From an uncultured Opitutia bacterium (GTDB taxonomy: Bacteria; Verrucomicrobiota; Verrucomicrobiia; Opitutales; CAJWYM01), in the NCBI GenBank assembly GCA_913049555.1, contig CAJWYM010000001.1, positions 52,882-116,881 on the forward strand: DNA of 64,000 nucleotides, given 5' to 3'. Every line of letters begins with the position of its first letter. Within the stretch, counting starts at the first letter, position 1. Both the position numbers and the translations under genes were made by a program. Of this stretch, positions 39,938-50,393 are shown piece by piece. Below the pieces are notes generated by a model. That model did no database searches, was not told the origin of the DNA, and saw nothing but the letters and a program-made list of their open reading frames with translations.

Positions 39938-42900
39938 ATGAAATTACTTGTAAATTTACATCTAATAATTGGAGTTTTGGCTCTGATAAACTTGTCGGCT
40001 ATGGAAAGTAAAGTTGTGATTCGGGAAAACAATTCTTTTCTGATGGCAATGGGAAAAGGATCCCGTTTAGAAATCCATGCTGCAGACAAAAAAAAAGCAA
40101 GCTGGTTGCAATTAGCAAATGGTTATACAGCAAGTCCCAATGACACCGAAATTACATTAGACAATGAAGGGAAAAAAACGCACTGGGAAATAGGAGATCA
40201 ATTTGCAATTGCTACCTCTTATTACCATGAGAGAAGAACGGAAGTGAGACGTATCCAGTCGATCGTAGATTCGGGAAGATTGACAAAAATCACATTTAAA
40301 AAACCATTAGATTACACGCATTACGGGGAGATTGAAAATTATCGTATGGTCAAAAAGGAGGGTGAAGAATTGACTTGGGATATTGACATGCGAGCTGAGG
40401 TTGGTTTGTTGACTCGAAACATTGTAATTCAGGGGCATCCTGACCGTCGAAAAGATGAATTCGGGGGTCACGTAATGGTTATGATGGGTGGGAAAATGCA
40501 TATTGCTGGAGCTGAACTCAAGTTTATGGGGCAAGATGGGTTTCTCGGTAGATATCCTTTGCATTGGCATCTTTCTGGGGACGTAAAGGGACAATATATT
40601 ACAAATAATTCCATCCATAATAGTTTTCATAAAGGAATCACGCTTCATGGTACTCAAAACGCATGGGTTGAGAATAATGTAGTTTTCGAAACGCAGGGCC
40701 ATGGCATTTTTCTTGAAGATGGCACTGAGGAAAACAATGTAATCAAAAAAAATCTAGTTTTTAACACCAAAAATGCTAAAACGCCTGTGATTGCATCGGA
40801 TAAATTTGCAATCTCTAGTTACTGGTCCAACAACCCGAACAACCATTTTATTGGCAACCATGCCGCTGGCTCGAGAGGCAGTGGATTTTGGATTGCTGGA
40901 AATAGGAAACCAATAGCAGGAGCGGAAAAGATGCCTCAATACAAAAGCTTAGTTCCTAGGCAAAGACCTTTTGGATTGTTTCAAGGAAACACTGCACACA
41001 GTAATTTAAAAACAAGTTCTGGGACTTTGGGAAGAGAGATGACCGGCATCGGATTGAATATAGGTCAAGAAATTCAAGAAGATAAGATTAAAAAACTGGA
41101 TCACGACAACTATGCAGAACTTCACCAACCCGTCCCTGGGCAAAGCAACGACATCTATAATTTATATGTATCTGATTTCACGTCTTACATGAATGAAGAC
41201 GTGGGTATTTTTGCTCGAACTTTTGGAGGGCACTTAAAAAATATAAAATTGGCTGACAATGGTTTGGCAATCATGACTACAGGAGGACAGCTTATTGAAG
41301 AGAGTGTTGTGATTGGACATAGTAAAAACAGCAATATTCACAAACGAAAATTCGAAACCATTCGAGAAAGTAGATATGGGCTAGGTCTTTACACCGACAG
41401 CGTGGTGGTTGACAAAACTTTGTATGCCAACTTTAAACCAGAGTGGACAAACAGCGAAGGTCAGAAGATTCGCGATTCTATTCTGACTCAAAGGACGGGT
41501 GCCAATAATTCTACTCTTCATGTTATGCAAGATATCCAGATTAAAAACACCCATCCTAAAAATTATTTTATGTCTAATGGTAAGAATGGAAATCGTAGGA
41601 GTGATGAATTGTCAGTAGCCTCTGTTGGTTTTGTGGACGGTGGAGGTGCTTTTACTGGAATTCCCGGTGCCATGGTAACCGCTCGTTTGAGACCAGCGGA
41701 AGAGGGAATCGAAGATCAATCTTCTAGAAGTGATGTTGAGCTTCTAACCAATGGTTTTCAAAGAGCCCCATACATAGATTTGAAGGATTCTACATTACAG
41801 CGAGAGGAAGAACTCGATGCGCATATCAACAAACATCAAATCGCAGGACATTTTAAACTGCAGAAGGGGCATTCTGGTTCTTTTAAAACCATCACTCGAT
41901 CGGATGGGGAAATGATCAGAACAGATCTGGTCGGAAATGGAACCACTTCAGATCAGTTGGTTGTATTTGCCTACAAAGATTCCAGTTATGGTTTAGAAAA
42001 TAAGGTCCGCTATACATTTGAATGGGACAATCAAATCGAAAATGATCTAGAATTCATCATAAGGGATTTTGCAAAAGGACAACAAGTGTACTTCATTCTC
42101 AAGAAGGTCCCTCGATCTACAACAATTCAAGGATCTGATCCTGCAAGTAGTCTTGACGAATTGATCGAAAGGTCCCCTCTTAAGGGAAGTTGCCATTTTT
42201 TTAAAGGGTCGGACCTGCATCTATTGTTGTCAGCAACGGATGAATCCTATCATCCCCAACTGAATGACTTAGCTACAATCAATCATCGAGTCTTTTGGGA
42301 TGGAGTGCGAATTCGACCAAATGGAACAGGGAGAGACAAATTGGAGGGTGACCATCAAATCAGTCATAAGATGTTTCGGCCCTTCACAAGAGAATTGGAG
42401 AAAGATTTTGGAGATCAGGTAAGTTGGAGGAAGAACCCAATCAAATTTGTACAATCCAAGATCTCTGAGAAAGAAATGCTGGAGCAGGTTGAGAAGTTAG
42501 ACCCAGCTCATTCTGGTTCAACTTCTGAAACCATATCAAAAACACAATCATTTCCTCTTTGGTCGGATCCAAATTCATGGGCAGGGAAAATACCTGCCTC
42601 GGATTCTATTGTAATTATACGCAATGGTGAAAAAGTTACGCTAGATAAGAATACTAGGGTTCAGGGAATTATTATTGAGGGGTCGGGGTCGGTTCTTAAT
42701 ATAATGGACCAAAAAGGCGCTCGTTTGAAACTAACATCTGACTTTGTTTTGGTCTTAAACGGAGGGCTTTTTCAAGCTGGAACTGAAACCAATCTCTTAG
42801 ACACAGATTTTACCTTAGAATTATCTGGAGAGGACCCAGAATTCATCTTACCAGTAACAGATTTACTCAAAGGTCAGACCAACCACAAAATTTCTTACAT

Positions 42901-42940
42901 CGGTTCAGAAAAAAAGCCAATTTTACAATCAAAAATTTAG
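39938..42940 (+). CDS. Secreted CEMIP/TMEM2/fibrocystin-like beta-helix protein with G8 domain
   Basis: RAEVGLLTRNIVIQG, FGGHVM, MGQ...GRYPLHWH, ITLHGT, GHGIFLEDGTE; G8-type WSDPNSW...GTE...LSG segment at the C-terminus. Confidence 0.85.
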   Translation: MKLLVNLHLIIGVLALINLSAMESKVVIRENNSFLMAMGKGSRLEIHAADKKKASWLQLANGYTASPNDTEITLDNEGKKTHWEIGDQFAIATSYYHERRTEVRRIQSIVDSGRLTKITFKKPLDYTHYGEIENYRMVKKEGEELTWDIDMRAEVGLLTRNIVIQGHPDRRKDEFGGHVMVMMGGKMHIAGAELKFMGQDGFLGRYPLHWHLSGDVKGQYITNNSIHNSFHKGITLHGTQNAWVENNVVFETQGHGIFLEDGTEENNVIKKNLVFNTKNAKTPVIASDKFAISSYWSNNPNNHFIGNHAAGSRGSGFWIAGNRKPIAGAEKMPQYKSLVPRQRPFGLFQGNTAHSNLKTSSGTLGREMTGIGLNIGQEIQEDKIKKLDHDNYAELHQPVPGQSNDIYNLYVSDFTSYMNEDVGIFARTFGGHLKNIKLADNGLAIMTTGGQLIEESVVIGHSKNSNIHKRKFETIRESRYGLGLYTDSVVVDKTLYANFKPEWTNSEGQKIRDSILTQRTGANNSTLHVMQDIQIKNTHPKNYFMSNGKNGNRRSDELSVASVGFVDGGGAFTGIPGAMVTARLRPAEEGIEDQSSRSDVELLTNGFQRAPYIDLKDSTLQREEELDAHINKHQIAGHFKLQKGHSGSFKTITRSDGEMIRTDLVGNGTTSDQLVVFAYKDSSYGLENKVRYTFEWDNQIENDLEFIIRDFAKGQQVYFILKKVPRSTTIQGSDPASSLDELIERSPLKGSCHFFKGSDLHLLLSATDESYHPQLNDLATINHRVFWDGVRIRPNGTGRDKLEGDHQISHKMFRPFTRELEKDFGDQVSWRKNPIKFVQSKISEKEMLEQVEKLDPAHSGSTSETISKTQSFPLWSDPNSWAGKIPASDSIVIIRNGEKVTLDKNTRVQGIIIEGSGSVLNIMDQKGARLKLTSDFVLVLNGGLFQAGTETNLLDTDFTLELSGEDPEFILPVTDLLKGQTNHKISYIGSEKKPILQSKI

Positions 42941-43217
42941 GGATGGATCTAAAATTCTGATCCGCCTGCTTTTCTATTTTTACTTAGAAACCTCAAAATT
43001 CCTAGTGAACCTTTTTCATCCATTCGAATCTAAGATTCTGAGAGATGGGTATGAAAAGAAGTGGGGTCTTTTTAGTTCCTGGAAGGTGTAGAAACACTTT
43101 AAAAGAAATCTTTCATATAAATTCATAAAAGCTGTACCTATTACAAATAGATGGATATGTAATGATTTATCCAACTTTTTATCGATAAATATGAATTAAA
43201 ATTTGATAAATTATTTC

Positions 43218-43241
43218 TTTATGATTGGTTATAGTCATAAA
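43218..43241. promoter_or_regulatory. Palindrome TTTATGA-N10-TCATAAA, candidate DeoR operator
   Basis: Inverted repeat directly before the DeoR ATG (43244), overlapping a TATAGT -10-like hexamer. Confidence 0.45.
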
Positions 43242-43243
43242 TT

Positions 43244-44020
43244 ATGAGAGTTTCAGATCATATAGTTTCTAAAAGAAGACGAGATTTAGCGATCTTAATA
43301 AGACAAAATCGCTACATGCCGATTTCTGAGATATGCAAGCATTTTGCCATCTCTGAAGCGACTGCAAGACGTGACTTGAGAGCGTTGGAAGAGGGTAGTG
43401 AAATATTGCGCACCTTTGGCGGTGCTCTTGGTGATTTTAATGAAGATTTCGAAACTTTCTCGGAGAGAAAAGAGCAATCGTCCACAGCAAAACAGTGGAT
43501 CGCTAAAAAGGCCGTCCAGCAAATTCATCCAGGAATGGTTTGTTTTCTTGATGCTGGTAGCACACTTTATGCGATTGCAGAGGAATTATCCAAGAGTGGC
43601 AAAAAAGATATCAAGGTGATGACAAATAATTTAGCTGTTGCTGAGTTACTTTCTCCAGTCAAGGGCATCTATGTATCTCTTACAGGAGGCAAACTGGCCT
43701 CCAAGCAAGCGGTCCTTCTGGGTGAAGTTGCAGAGAGAACCTTGGCTCAATGCACATTCGATCTTTCATTTATGAGTGCTAAAAGTGCCAATGAGTCAGG
43801 CATTTGGAACAATCAAGAAGACGTTGTGTTGCTGCAAAAGCTTTTAATCGATCGAAGCGCAAAGCCTATATTTTGTTTGGACAAAAGTAAAATTGGGAGA
43901 GATGACAATCGATTTGTGGCTAATTGGCATAAGATATACGCCTTTCTTACAGATGCTCCTAAAACTTTACTGTTAGAGAACAACATCAAATTGCAGCCTT
44001 CTAAGCATTGGATGGTCTAG
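43244..44020 (+). CDS. DeoR/GlpR-family transcriptional regulator
   Basis: ISEATARRDLRALE...RTFGGA HTH; FLDAGST and MTNNL in the sugar-phosphate sensor domain. Confidence 0.93.
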   Translation: MRVSDHIVSKRRRDLAILIRQNRYMPISEICKHFAISEATARRDLRALEEGSEILRTFGGALGDFNEDFETFSERKEQSSTAKQWIAKKAVQQIHPGMVCFLDAGSTLYAIAEELSKSGKKDIKVMTNNLAVAELLSPVKGIYVSLTGGKLASKQAVLLGEVAERTLAQCTFDLSFMSAKSANESGIWNNQEDVVLLQKLLIDRSAKPIFCLDKSKIGRDDNRFVANWHKIYAFLTDAPKTLLLENNIKLQPSKHWMV

Positions 44021-44036
44021 GGGAGCGTTGATTATT

Positions 44037-44798
44037 ATGAGTGAAAAATTAAAGAAGCAACTGATACAACTGTCCCATGAGTTGGGTCGCGAGGAAAGGG
44101 CGTTGGCAATTCTTGGAGAGGGCAATACTTCTGTCAAATTGGAGAATGGTAATTTCCTGGTCAAAGCAAGCGGCAGTTGTTTGGGCACCTTGTCTGATGA
44201 TGGTATTACAGAATGCAATGTTTCAAATATTTTGGATCTTTTTAACCAGTCGGAGCTTTCTGATTTAGAGGTAGACAAAGCTCTCTTAGATTCTCGGGTA
44301 GTTGCTGAATCTAAAAAACCATCTGTGGAGGCGACTTTTCATGGATATTTGTTGTCCTTACCGGGTGTCAAATTTGTGGGTCATACCCATCCCATCCATG
44401 TAAACAAGTTGTTATGCAGTGGCAACGGAAGAGACTTTGCAGAGCGTAGAATCTTTCCGGATCAAATTGTTTGTTGCGGAGCGGAGTCGGTATTTGTTCC
44501 TTACGTAGATCCAGGATTAGAATTAGCAAAAGCGATAAAAGAGCAAGTAGAGTTTTTTATCGGACGCACTTCCCGAGCTCCCGTTACGATTTTAATAGAA
44601 AATCATGGGCTTATTTGTATCGGCAAAACATGGCAAGGAGTTTTAGCCGCTTCTCTAATGGCCAATAAATCTGCCGAAATACTTGCAGGCGCTCTAGCTT
44701 GTGGAAATGGATCTGCTAACTATCTTGCGAATGATCAAGTGGATCGGATTGCAGGAAGACCAGATGAGCACTACAGGCAAAAAGTGCTCAATCTTTAA
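44037..44798 (+). CDS. Class II aldolase/adducin-family protein (candidate fuculose-1-phosphate aldolase)
   Basis: GEGNTS, VKASG, KPSVEATFH, HTHP and NHG zinc-binding motifs. Confidence 0.85.
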   Translation: MSEKLKKQLIQLSHELGREERALAILGEGNTSVKLENGNFLVKASGSCLGTLSDDGITECNVSNILDLFNQSELSDLEVDKALLDSRVVAESKKPSVEATFHGYLLSLPGVKFVGHTHPIHVNKLLCSGNGRDFAERRIFPDQIVCCGAESVFVPYVDPGLELAKAIKEQVEFFIGRTSRAPVTILIENHGLICIGKTWQGVLAASLMANKSAEILAGALACGNGSANYLANDQVDRIAGRPDEHYRQKVLNL

Positions 44799-44842
44799 TT
44801 CAAATATTTATCTTTAATTCAAAAAACTAAATCGAATAAAAA

Positions 44843-47032
44843 ATGAGTACAGTAATGGGCTACAAACATGTAAATTATCTTTGGGACGATGAGATTGCAG
44901 GCAATATGAATGCAGTCGAAAGACTCGTATACCGATCCAATATTTTAGGGTCTGATCAAAGGATCACCAATACAGGTGGAGGAAATACTTCGTCCGTCGT
45001 TTTAGAAAAAGATCCCATTACCGGCGAAGAAGTCGATGTATTGTGGGTAAAGGGTTCTGGAGGAGATCTTAGAACTTCAACAAAGGACAATTTTTCCTCC
45101 TTGTATCAAGGAAAACTAATTTCTCTTCAAGGGGTTTATGCAGGATTAGAAAACACAGGACCCAAGACAGAAGCGGAAGATGATATGGTTGCTATGTACA
45201 AACAATGCACCTTCAATCTAAATCCCAGGGCATCCTCTATTGATACGCCCCTGCATTCATTCATCCCTTTCAAACACGTGGATCATATGCATCCAAATGC
45301 GGTTATTGCCATTGCTGCCAGTAAAGATCAAGAAGCTTTGACCAAAGAAATATACGGCGATGAGGTGATTTGGACTCCATGGTTAAGACCCGGTTTTGAA
45401 CTGGGTTTACAATTACAAAAACTTTGTCAAGATTATCCAAATGCCAAGGGAGCCATTATGGGTCAACATGGTTTGATTAATTGGGCGAATGATGACAAAG
45501 AGTGCTATGAGCTTACATTAACTTTGATTGAAAAAGCTGCTCAATTCATAGAAGATAGGGATCAGGCTGAAAAGACATTTGGGGGTCAAAAATATGCATC
45601 TTTGCCTGAGGCAGAAAGATTGGATAATTTTGCAGAGATTTTACCATGGCTTCGAGGTAAAGTGAGTTCAGAGAAACGTTTGATTGGAACGATTCAGCAC
45701 GATGATAATATTTTGAGATATGTGAACTCAAACGAAGCCGGTCGCTTGTCCGATCTTGGCACTTCTTGTCCGGATCATTTCTTAAGAACTAAAATCAAAC
45801 CTTTGTACGTTGATTGGAACCCAGTCACTGAGGACCTGCAAAATTTGCAGGAAAAGTTGGATGCAGGGATTGTCCAATATGAAAAAGACTACGCCGCTTA
45901 CTACGAAGCTTGTAAGCACAGCAATTCTCCAGCCATTAGACAATCCAGTCCAAGTATTGTCTTGATTCCTGGTATGGGAATGATCGCTTGGGGAAAGAAC
46001 AAGAGTGAATCTAGAGTGACGGCAGAATTTTACAATTGTGCAGTAGAGGTAATGCGTGGGGCTGAAGCAGTCAGTGAGTATATTTCCCTTCCTCAACAAG
46101 AAGCATTTGACATTGAATATTGGTTGTTGGAGGAAGCAAAACTTCAACGTATGCCGGCAGAAAAAGAATTGGATCGTCAGATTGTCGTTGTCGTTGGAGC
46201 AGGTAGTGGCATTGGTCAAGCAGTGTGCAATCGGATTGTGGGAGAAGGAGCGCATGTTGTCTGTGTGGATCTCAATTTGAAGGCTGCCTCCGCTTCTGCT
46301 CAAACCATTATTGATAATTACGGAGAGGGTATTGGAGTCGCTGGAACCGGAATTTCTAATTGCGGTCCTGCACTTCCAGTTGAAGGAGATGTGACGAACC
46401 GTGACAGTGTTGAGGCCATGTACAAACAAGCCATTCTTGCCTATGGTGGGATTGATGGGGTCGTTGTCACTGCTGGGATTGTTTTTGCACAAGATGCCAA
46501 GGGATTGATCCCTGACTCAAAGTGGGACTTTACTTTCGATTTGAATGTTAGAGGAAGTTATTTTGTTGCTAGTGAGGCTCGTCCTATTTGGGAAAAGCAG
46601 GGACTTTCTGGAAGCCTAGTTTTAACCACAAGTGTGAATGCAGTGGTTCCTAAAAAAGGGTCGGTCGCTTATGACATTAGCAAAAGTGCGATCAATCATT
46701 TGACTCGGGAGTTGGCAGTCGAGTTGGCTCCTTTAGTCCGGGTGAATGCTGTAGCTCCTGCATCGGTTGTCAAAGGAAGTGCCTTATTCCCAATCGATCG
46801 AGTGAAAAAATCTTTGGACAAATATGATTTATCCTATGAGGAGACGGAGTCAGAAGAAGTGTTGACCAGTCGTTTGGCGCAGTTCTATGCGGATAGAACC
46901 TTGACGAAGGTAATTATGACACCCGAAGATCAAGCGGAAGCCTTCTTTTTGTTTCTCTGTGGACGTCTTAGTAAGACCACCGGTCAAGTAATCAATGTGG
47001 ACGGTGGGTTGGCAGAAGCTTTTCTACGTTAA
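44843..47032 (+). CDS. Bifunctional rhamnulose/fuculose-1-phosphate aldolase and short-chain dehydrogenase (RhaEW type)
   Basis: ITNTGGGNTS, KGSGGDL, ASSIDTPLH, DHMHP, GTSCPDHFLRTK, IEYWLLEEAKL, then SDR motifs GAGSGIG and YDISK. Confidence 0.93.
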   Translation: MSTVMGYKHVNYLWDDEIAGNMNAVERLVYRSNILGSDQRITNTGGGNTSSVVLEKDPITGEEVDVLWVKGSGGDLRTSTKDNFSSLYQGKLISLQGVYAGLENTGPKTEAEDDMVAMYKQCTFNLNPRASSIDTPLHSFIPFKHVDHMHPNAVIAIAASKDQEALTKEIYGDEVIWTPWLRPGFELGLQLQKLCQDYPNAKGAIMGQHGLINWANDDKECYELTLTLIEKAAQFIEDRDQAEKTFGGQKYASLPEAERLDNFAEILPWLRGKVSSEKRLIGTIQHDDNILRYVNSNEAGRLSDLGTSCPDHFLRTKIKPLYVDWNPVTEDLQNLQEKLDAGIVQYEKDYAAYYEACKHSNSPAIRQSSPSIVLIPGMGMIAWGKNKSESRVTAEFYNCAVEVMRGAEAVSEYISLPQQEAFDIEYWLLEEAKLQRMPAEKELDRQIVVVVGAGSGIGQAVCNRIVGEGAHVVCVDLNLKAASASAQTIIDNYGEGIGVAGTGISNCGPALPVEGDVTNRDSVEAMYKQAILAYGGIDGVVVTAGIVFAQDAKGLIPDSKWDFTFDLNVRGSYFVASEARPIWEKQGLSGSLVLTTSVNAVVPKKGSVAYDISKSAINHLTRELAVELAPLVRVNAVAPASVVKGSALFPIDRVKKSLDKYDLSYEETESEEVLTSRLAQFYADRTLTKVIMTPEDQAEAFFLFLCGRLSKTTGQVINVDGGLAEAFLR

Positions 47033-47048
47033 TCAAAAATTGGAATCG

Positions 47049-48542
47049 ATGATTCAAAAAAAGGTATACTTAGCAGTAGACTTAGGCGCTGAAAGTGGAA
47101 GAGTTCTTGCGGGAGAGTTTGACGGCTCCCGTTTAGAGCTTGTCCCGGTGAATACATTTCCTAATGGGCCCATCAATCTTGCTGGGTCCATGCATTGGAA
47201 TATTACGGGTTTATACAAAGGAATCTTAGAGGGTTTGGCATTGGCTCAATCTAAGTATGGGGATGCTCTGGTTTCAATAGGTGTGGATAGCTGGGGTGTT
47301 GATTATGGGTTTTTGGATAAAAAGGGACATTTGTTAGGAGTTCCTTACCACTACCGAGATTCAAGAACTGATGGGATGCTTTCAGAAGTTGAAAAAATAA
47401 TTTCTGCTCAAGAAATGTATCATTCAACTGGAATTCAATCCCTATTCTTCAATACATTATACCAATTGGTAGCTGAATTGAATGAAGATTCCGTTTTATT
47501 GAAAAATGCGGATTCTTTATTGTTCATTCCGGATTTGATCAATTTCTGGTTGACCGGGAAAAGAAAAACAGAGATCACGATCGCAAGCACCGGTCAGTTA
47601 CTGAATCAGGAGACTCGTGATTGGGACAAGGGCTTATTAGATAAACTCAGGATCCCAACTGCTATTTTTGAATCTCTAGTTAGTCCCGGTGATTTGATTG
47701 GTTTTGTAACTGGGGGCGCTCGACGGGAAATAAAGTGCGGGAACGATTTAAAAGTCTTTGCAATCGGTTCCCATGACACAGCTTCTGCAATTGCAGGTAT
47801 TCCTGTAGTCGATTCAGAGGATTTTGCATACCTGAGCTCTGGAACTTGGTCTTTAATGGGAGTCGAACTGAAAGAAGCGATTTTGAGCGAGGAAAGCAAT
47901 CGGTTGGGTTTTACGAATGAACTCGGGATTGATCAAACCGTTAGGTATCTAAAAAACATCAGTGGGCTTTGGATTGTTCAAGAATGTCGAAGGTATTGGG
48001 ACTCTCATGGAGACATTTATGATTACAATCAATTGACTTCGATGGCTTCTAATGGAAACGCTTTTGAGGCCATTATCGATGTGGACGATCCAATCTTTGC
48101 AACGATGGGTGATATGCCCAATAAAATTGCCGATTACTGCACGAAAACAGGGCAAAAAGTTCCTGTGTCCAAGAATGAAACAATCCGGATCGCACTTGAG
48201 GGTTTGGCCCTAAAATATCGAGAAGTTTTAGAAAACTTGCGATCTATGACAGGTAAAAAGTTAGAAACCCTGTATATAGTGGGTGGAGGTACTCAAAATA
48301 AATTATTAAACCAGATGGCAGCAAATGCAACTTCTTGTAAAGTAATTGCAGGACCAGTCCAAGCTACCTCTGTCGGTAATATTATTACTCAAATGATGGG
48401 CAATGGTGAAATTCACTCCTTGAATGAAGCGCGTCAGTTGATCCAAGATTCCCTCGAACCTGTAGAATATTTCCCTGAAGACTTGGCAAATTGGGAAGAT
48501 GCCTATAAAAGATACTCCTCATTAAAAAATTCTAATAACTAA
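47049..48542 (+). CDS. rhaB: FGGY sugar kinase (rhamnulokinase/fuculokinase type)
   Basis: ATG at 47049 preferred; AVDLGAESGR, GVDSWGVDY, YRDSRT, SHDTASA, SSGTWSLMG, GFTNE, LKNISGLW. Confidence 0.88.
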   Translation: MIQKKVYLAVDLGAESGRVLAGEFDGSRLELVPVNTFPNGPINLAGSMHWNITGLYKGILEGLALAQSKYGDALVSIGVDSWGVDYGFLDKKGHLLGVPYHYRDSRTDGMLSEVEKIISAQEMYHSTGIQSLFFNTLYQLVAELNEDSVLLKNADSLLFIPDLINFWLTGKRKTEITIASTGQLLNQETRDWDKGLLDKLRIPTAIFESLVSPGDLIGFVTGGARREIKCGNDLKVFAIGSHDTASAIAGIPVVDSEDFAYLSSGTWSLMGVELKEAILSEESNRLGFTNELGIDQTVRYLKNISGLWIVQECRRYWDSHGDIYDYNQLTSMASNGNAFEAIIDVDDPIFATMGDMPNKIADYCTKTGQKVPVSKNETIRIALEGLALKYREVLENLRSMTGKKLETLYIVGGGTQNKLLNQMAANATSCKVIAGPVQATSVGNIITQMMGNGEIHSLNEARQLIQDSLEPVEYFPEDLANWEDAYKRYSSLKNSNN

Positions 48543-48551
48543 GCTCAATTT

Positions 48552-50342
48552 ATGAACCCTTTATCTGTCTTTAAAAATATGCCCAAAGTTGGGATACGCC
48601 CCACAATTGATGGTCGACTCGGGGGGGTGCGTGAATCTCTCGAGGAGCAAACGATGAACCAAGCAAAGAGTGTAGCTCTTTTGATACAAAAAAACTTGAG
48701 ATACCCCAATGGAGAGCCTGTCGAATGTGTTTTAGCAGACACTTGCATTGGGGGCGTAGCTGAGGCATCCGCAACCACCGAAAAATTTCAAAAAGAAGGC
48801 GTGGGTCTTTCTCTAACCATCACCCCTTGTTGGTGCTATGGTTCTGAAACGATGGACATGGATCCGATTATCCCGAAGGCAGTCTGGGGGTTTAATGGGA
48901 CCGAGCGTCCTGGAGCCGTATATTTAGCCGCCGTTTCTGCAGCCCATTCCCAAAAAGGGTTTCCGGCATTTAAGATTTACGGCAAAGACGTTCAGGAATC
49001 TTCGGACAACTCGATTCCAAAAGATGTGCAAGAAAAAGTATTTCGTTTTGTCCGAGCAGGTTTGGCAGCAGCAATTATGAGAGGAAAGTCCTATCTTTCC
49101 ATGGGTGGAACCTCTATGGGAATTGTTGGCTCTACCGTGGATCCCAACTTTTTCGAAGCATTTTTGGGAATGCGGGTAGAATTCGTAGATATGACAGAGT
49201 TTACTCGTCGTTTGGAGAATGAGATTTTTGATAAAGCTGAATACAAAAAAGCACTCGATTATGTAAAAGAAAACTTTGTTGAAGGGCAGGACTTCAATGC
49301 TCAGGATTATCAAAGAGACCGAGCTACTTTAGACGAGGAGTGGGAAACTTCAGTGAAGATGGCATTGATCGCTCGAGATTTAATGGTTGGCAACCCAAAA
49401 CTGACAGATGCGGGCTATGGAGAAGAAGCAATGGGCCACAATGCAATTGCAGCAGGATTTCAAGGGCAACGACAGTGGACGGACCACATGCCAAACGGAG
49501 ACTTTATGGAAGCCGTCTTGAACACCTCCTGGGATTGGAATGGAAAGCGGGCTCCTTATTTATTGGCGACTGAAAATGATGCTTTGAATGGGGTTTCTAT
49601 GCTCTTTGGTAACTTATTGACTAATTCTGCTCAAATTTTTGCAGATTTAAGGACCTATTGGAGTCCAGATGCAGTTGAGCGGGTAACAGGTAAAAAGTTA
49701 AATGGGCATGCAAAGGAGGGTATTTTACATCTAATCAACTCAGGACCAGCTGCTTTGGACGGAACTGGAGAGCAAACGGAGGAGGGTCATCCAGCGATGA
49801 AACCTTTCTGGGAGATTTCAGATCAAGAAGTCAAGGCATGCAACCAAGCTACAACTTGGCACCCATCGGTTACCGAGTATTTCCCCGGGGGTGGCATGTC
49901 TACTCGCTACAAAACAAAAGGGGGGATGCCGGTAACGATGACCCGTCTCAATTTAGTAAAAGGGCTGGGGCCCGCTATTCAACTTGCAGAAGGGTACACA
50001 GTCGAGTTGGATGAAGATGTGCACGATGCATTGGATCAAAGAACCAATCCAACCTGGCCTACTACATGGTTTGCTCCCAAGTTAACAGGTAAAGGAGCGT
50101 TTCGTTCCGTTTATTCGGTTATGGATGCCTGGGGGTCTAACCACTGCGTTATGACTTATGGTCATGTAGGTGCAGATTTCTTAGCGCTTGCAGCGACTTT
50201 GCGCATTCCAGTTTATATGCACAACGTGGAAGAGGAAGATATTTTTCGTCCAAGCGCCTGGACCGCTTTTGGAACTGCAAATATGGAAAGTGCAGATTTT
50301 AGAGCGTGTGAAAATTTTGGTCCGATATATACCAATTACTGA
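48552..50342 (+). CDS. fucI: L-fucose isomerase
   Basis: [62 protein letters not shown]. Confidence 0.97.
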   Translation: MNPLSVFKNMPKVGIRPTIDGRLGGVRESLEEQTMNQAKSVALLIQKNLRYPNGEPVECVLADTCIGGVAEASATTEKFQKEGVGLSLTITPCWCYGSETMDMDPIIPKAVWGFNGTERPGAVYLAAVSAAHSQKGFPAFKIYGKDVQESSDNSIPKDVQEKVFRFVRAGLAAAIMRGKSYLSMGGTSMGIVGSTVDPNFFEAFLGMRVEFVDMTEFTRRLENEIFDKAEYKKALDYVKENFVEGQDFNAQDYQRDRATLDEEWETSVKMALIARDLMVGNPKLTDAGYGEEAMGHNAIAAGFQGQRQWTDHMPNGDFMEAVLNTSWDWNGKRAPYLLATENDALNGVSMLFGNLLTNSAQIFADLRTYWSPDAVERVTGKKLNGHAKEGILHLINSGPAALDGTGEQTEEGHPAMKPFWEISDQEVKACNQATTWHPSVTEYFPGGGMSTRYKTKGGMPVTMTRLNLVKGLGPAIQLAEGYTVELDEDVHDALDQRTNPTWPTTWFAPKLTGKGAFRSVYSVMDAWGSNHCVMTYGHVGADFLALAATLRIPVYMHNVEEEDIFRPSAWTAFGTANMESADFRACENFGPIYTNY

Positions 50343-50393
50343 TGAGTAGCTGTAGCTGCTCATTCGTTCGTTCAAAATAGTTATAAATCAGTT

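Noticed and set aside
45782-46492. 236-aa antisense ORF
   Set aside because: Lies wholly opposite the conserved aldolase-SDR gene; long antisense frames are common opposite dehydrogenase genes
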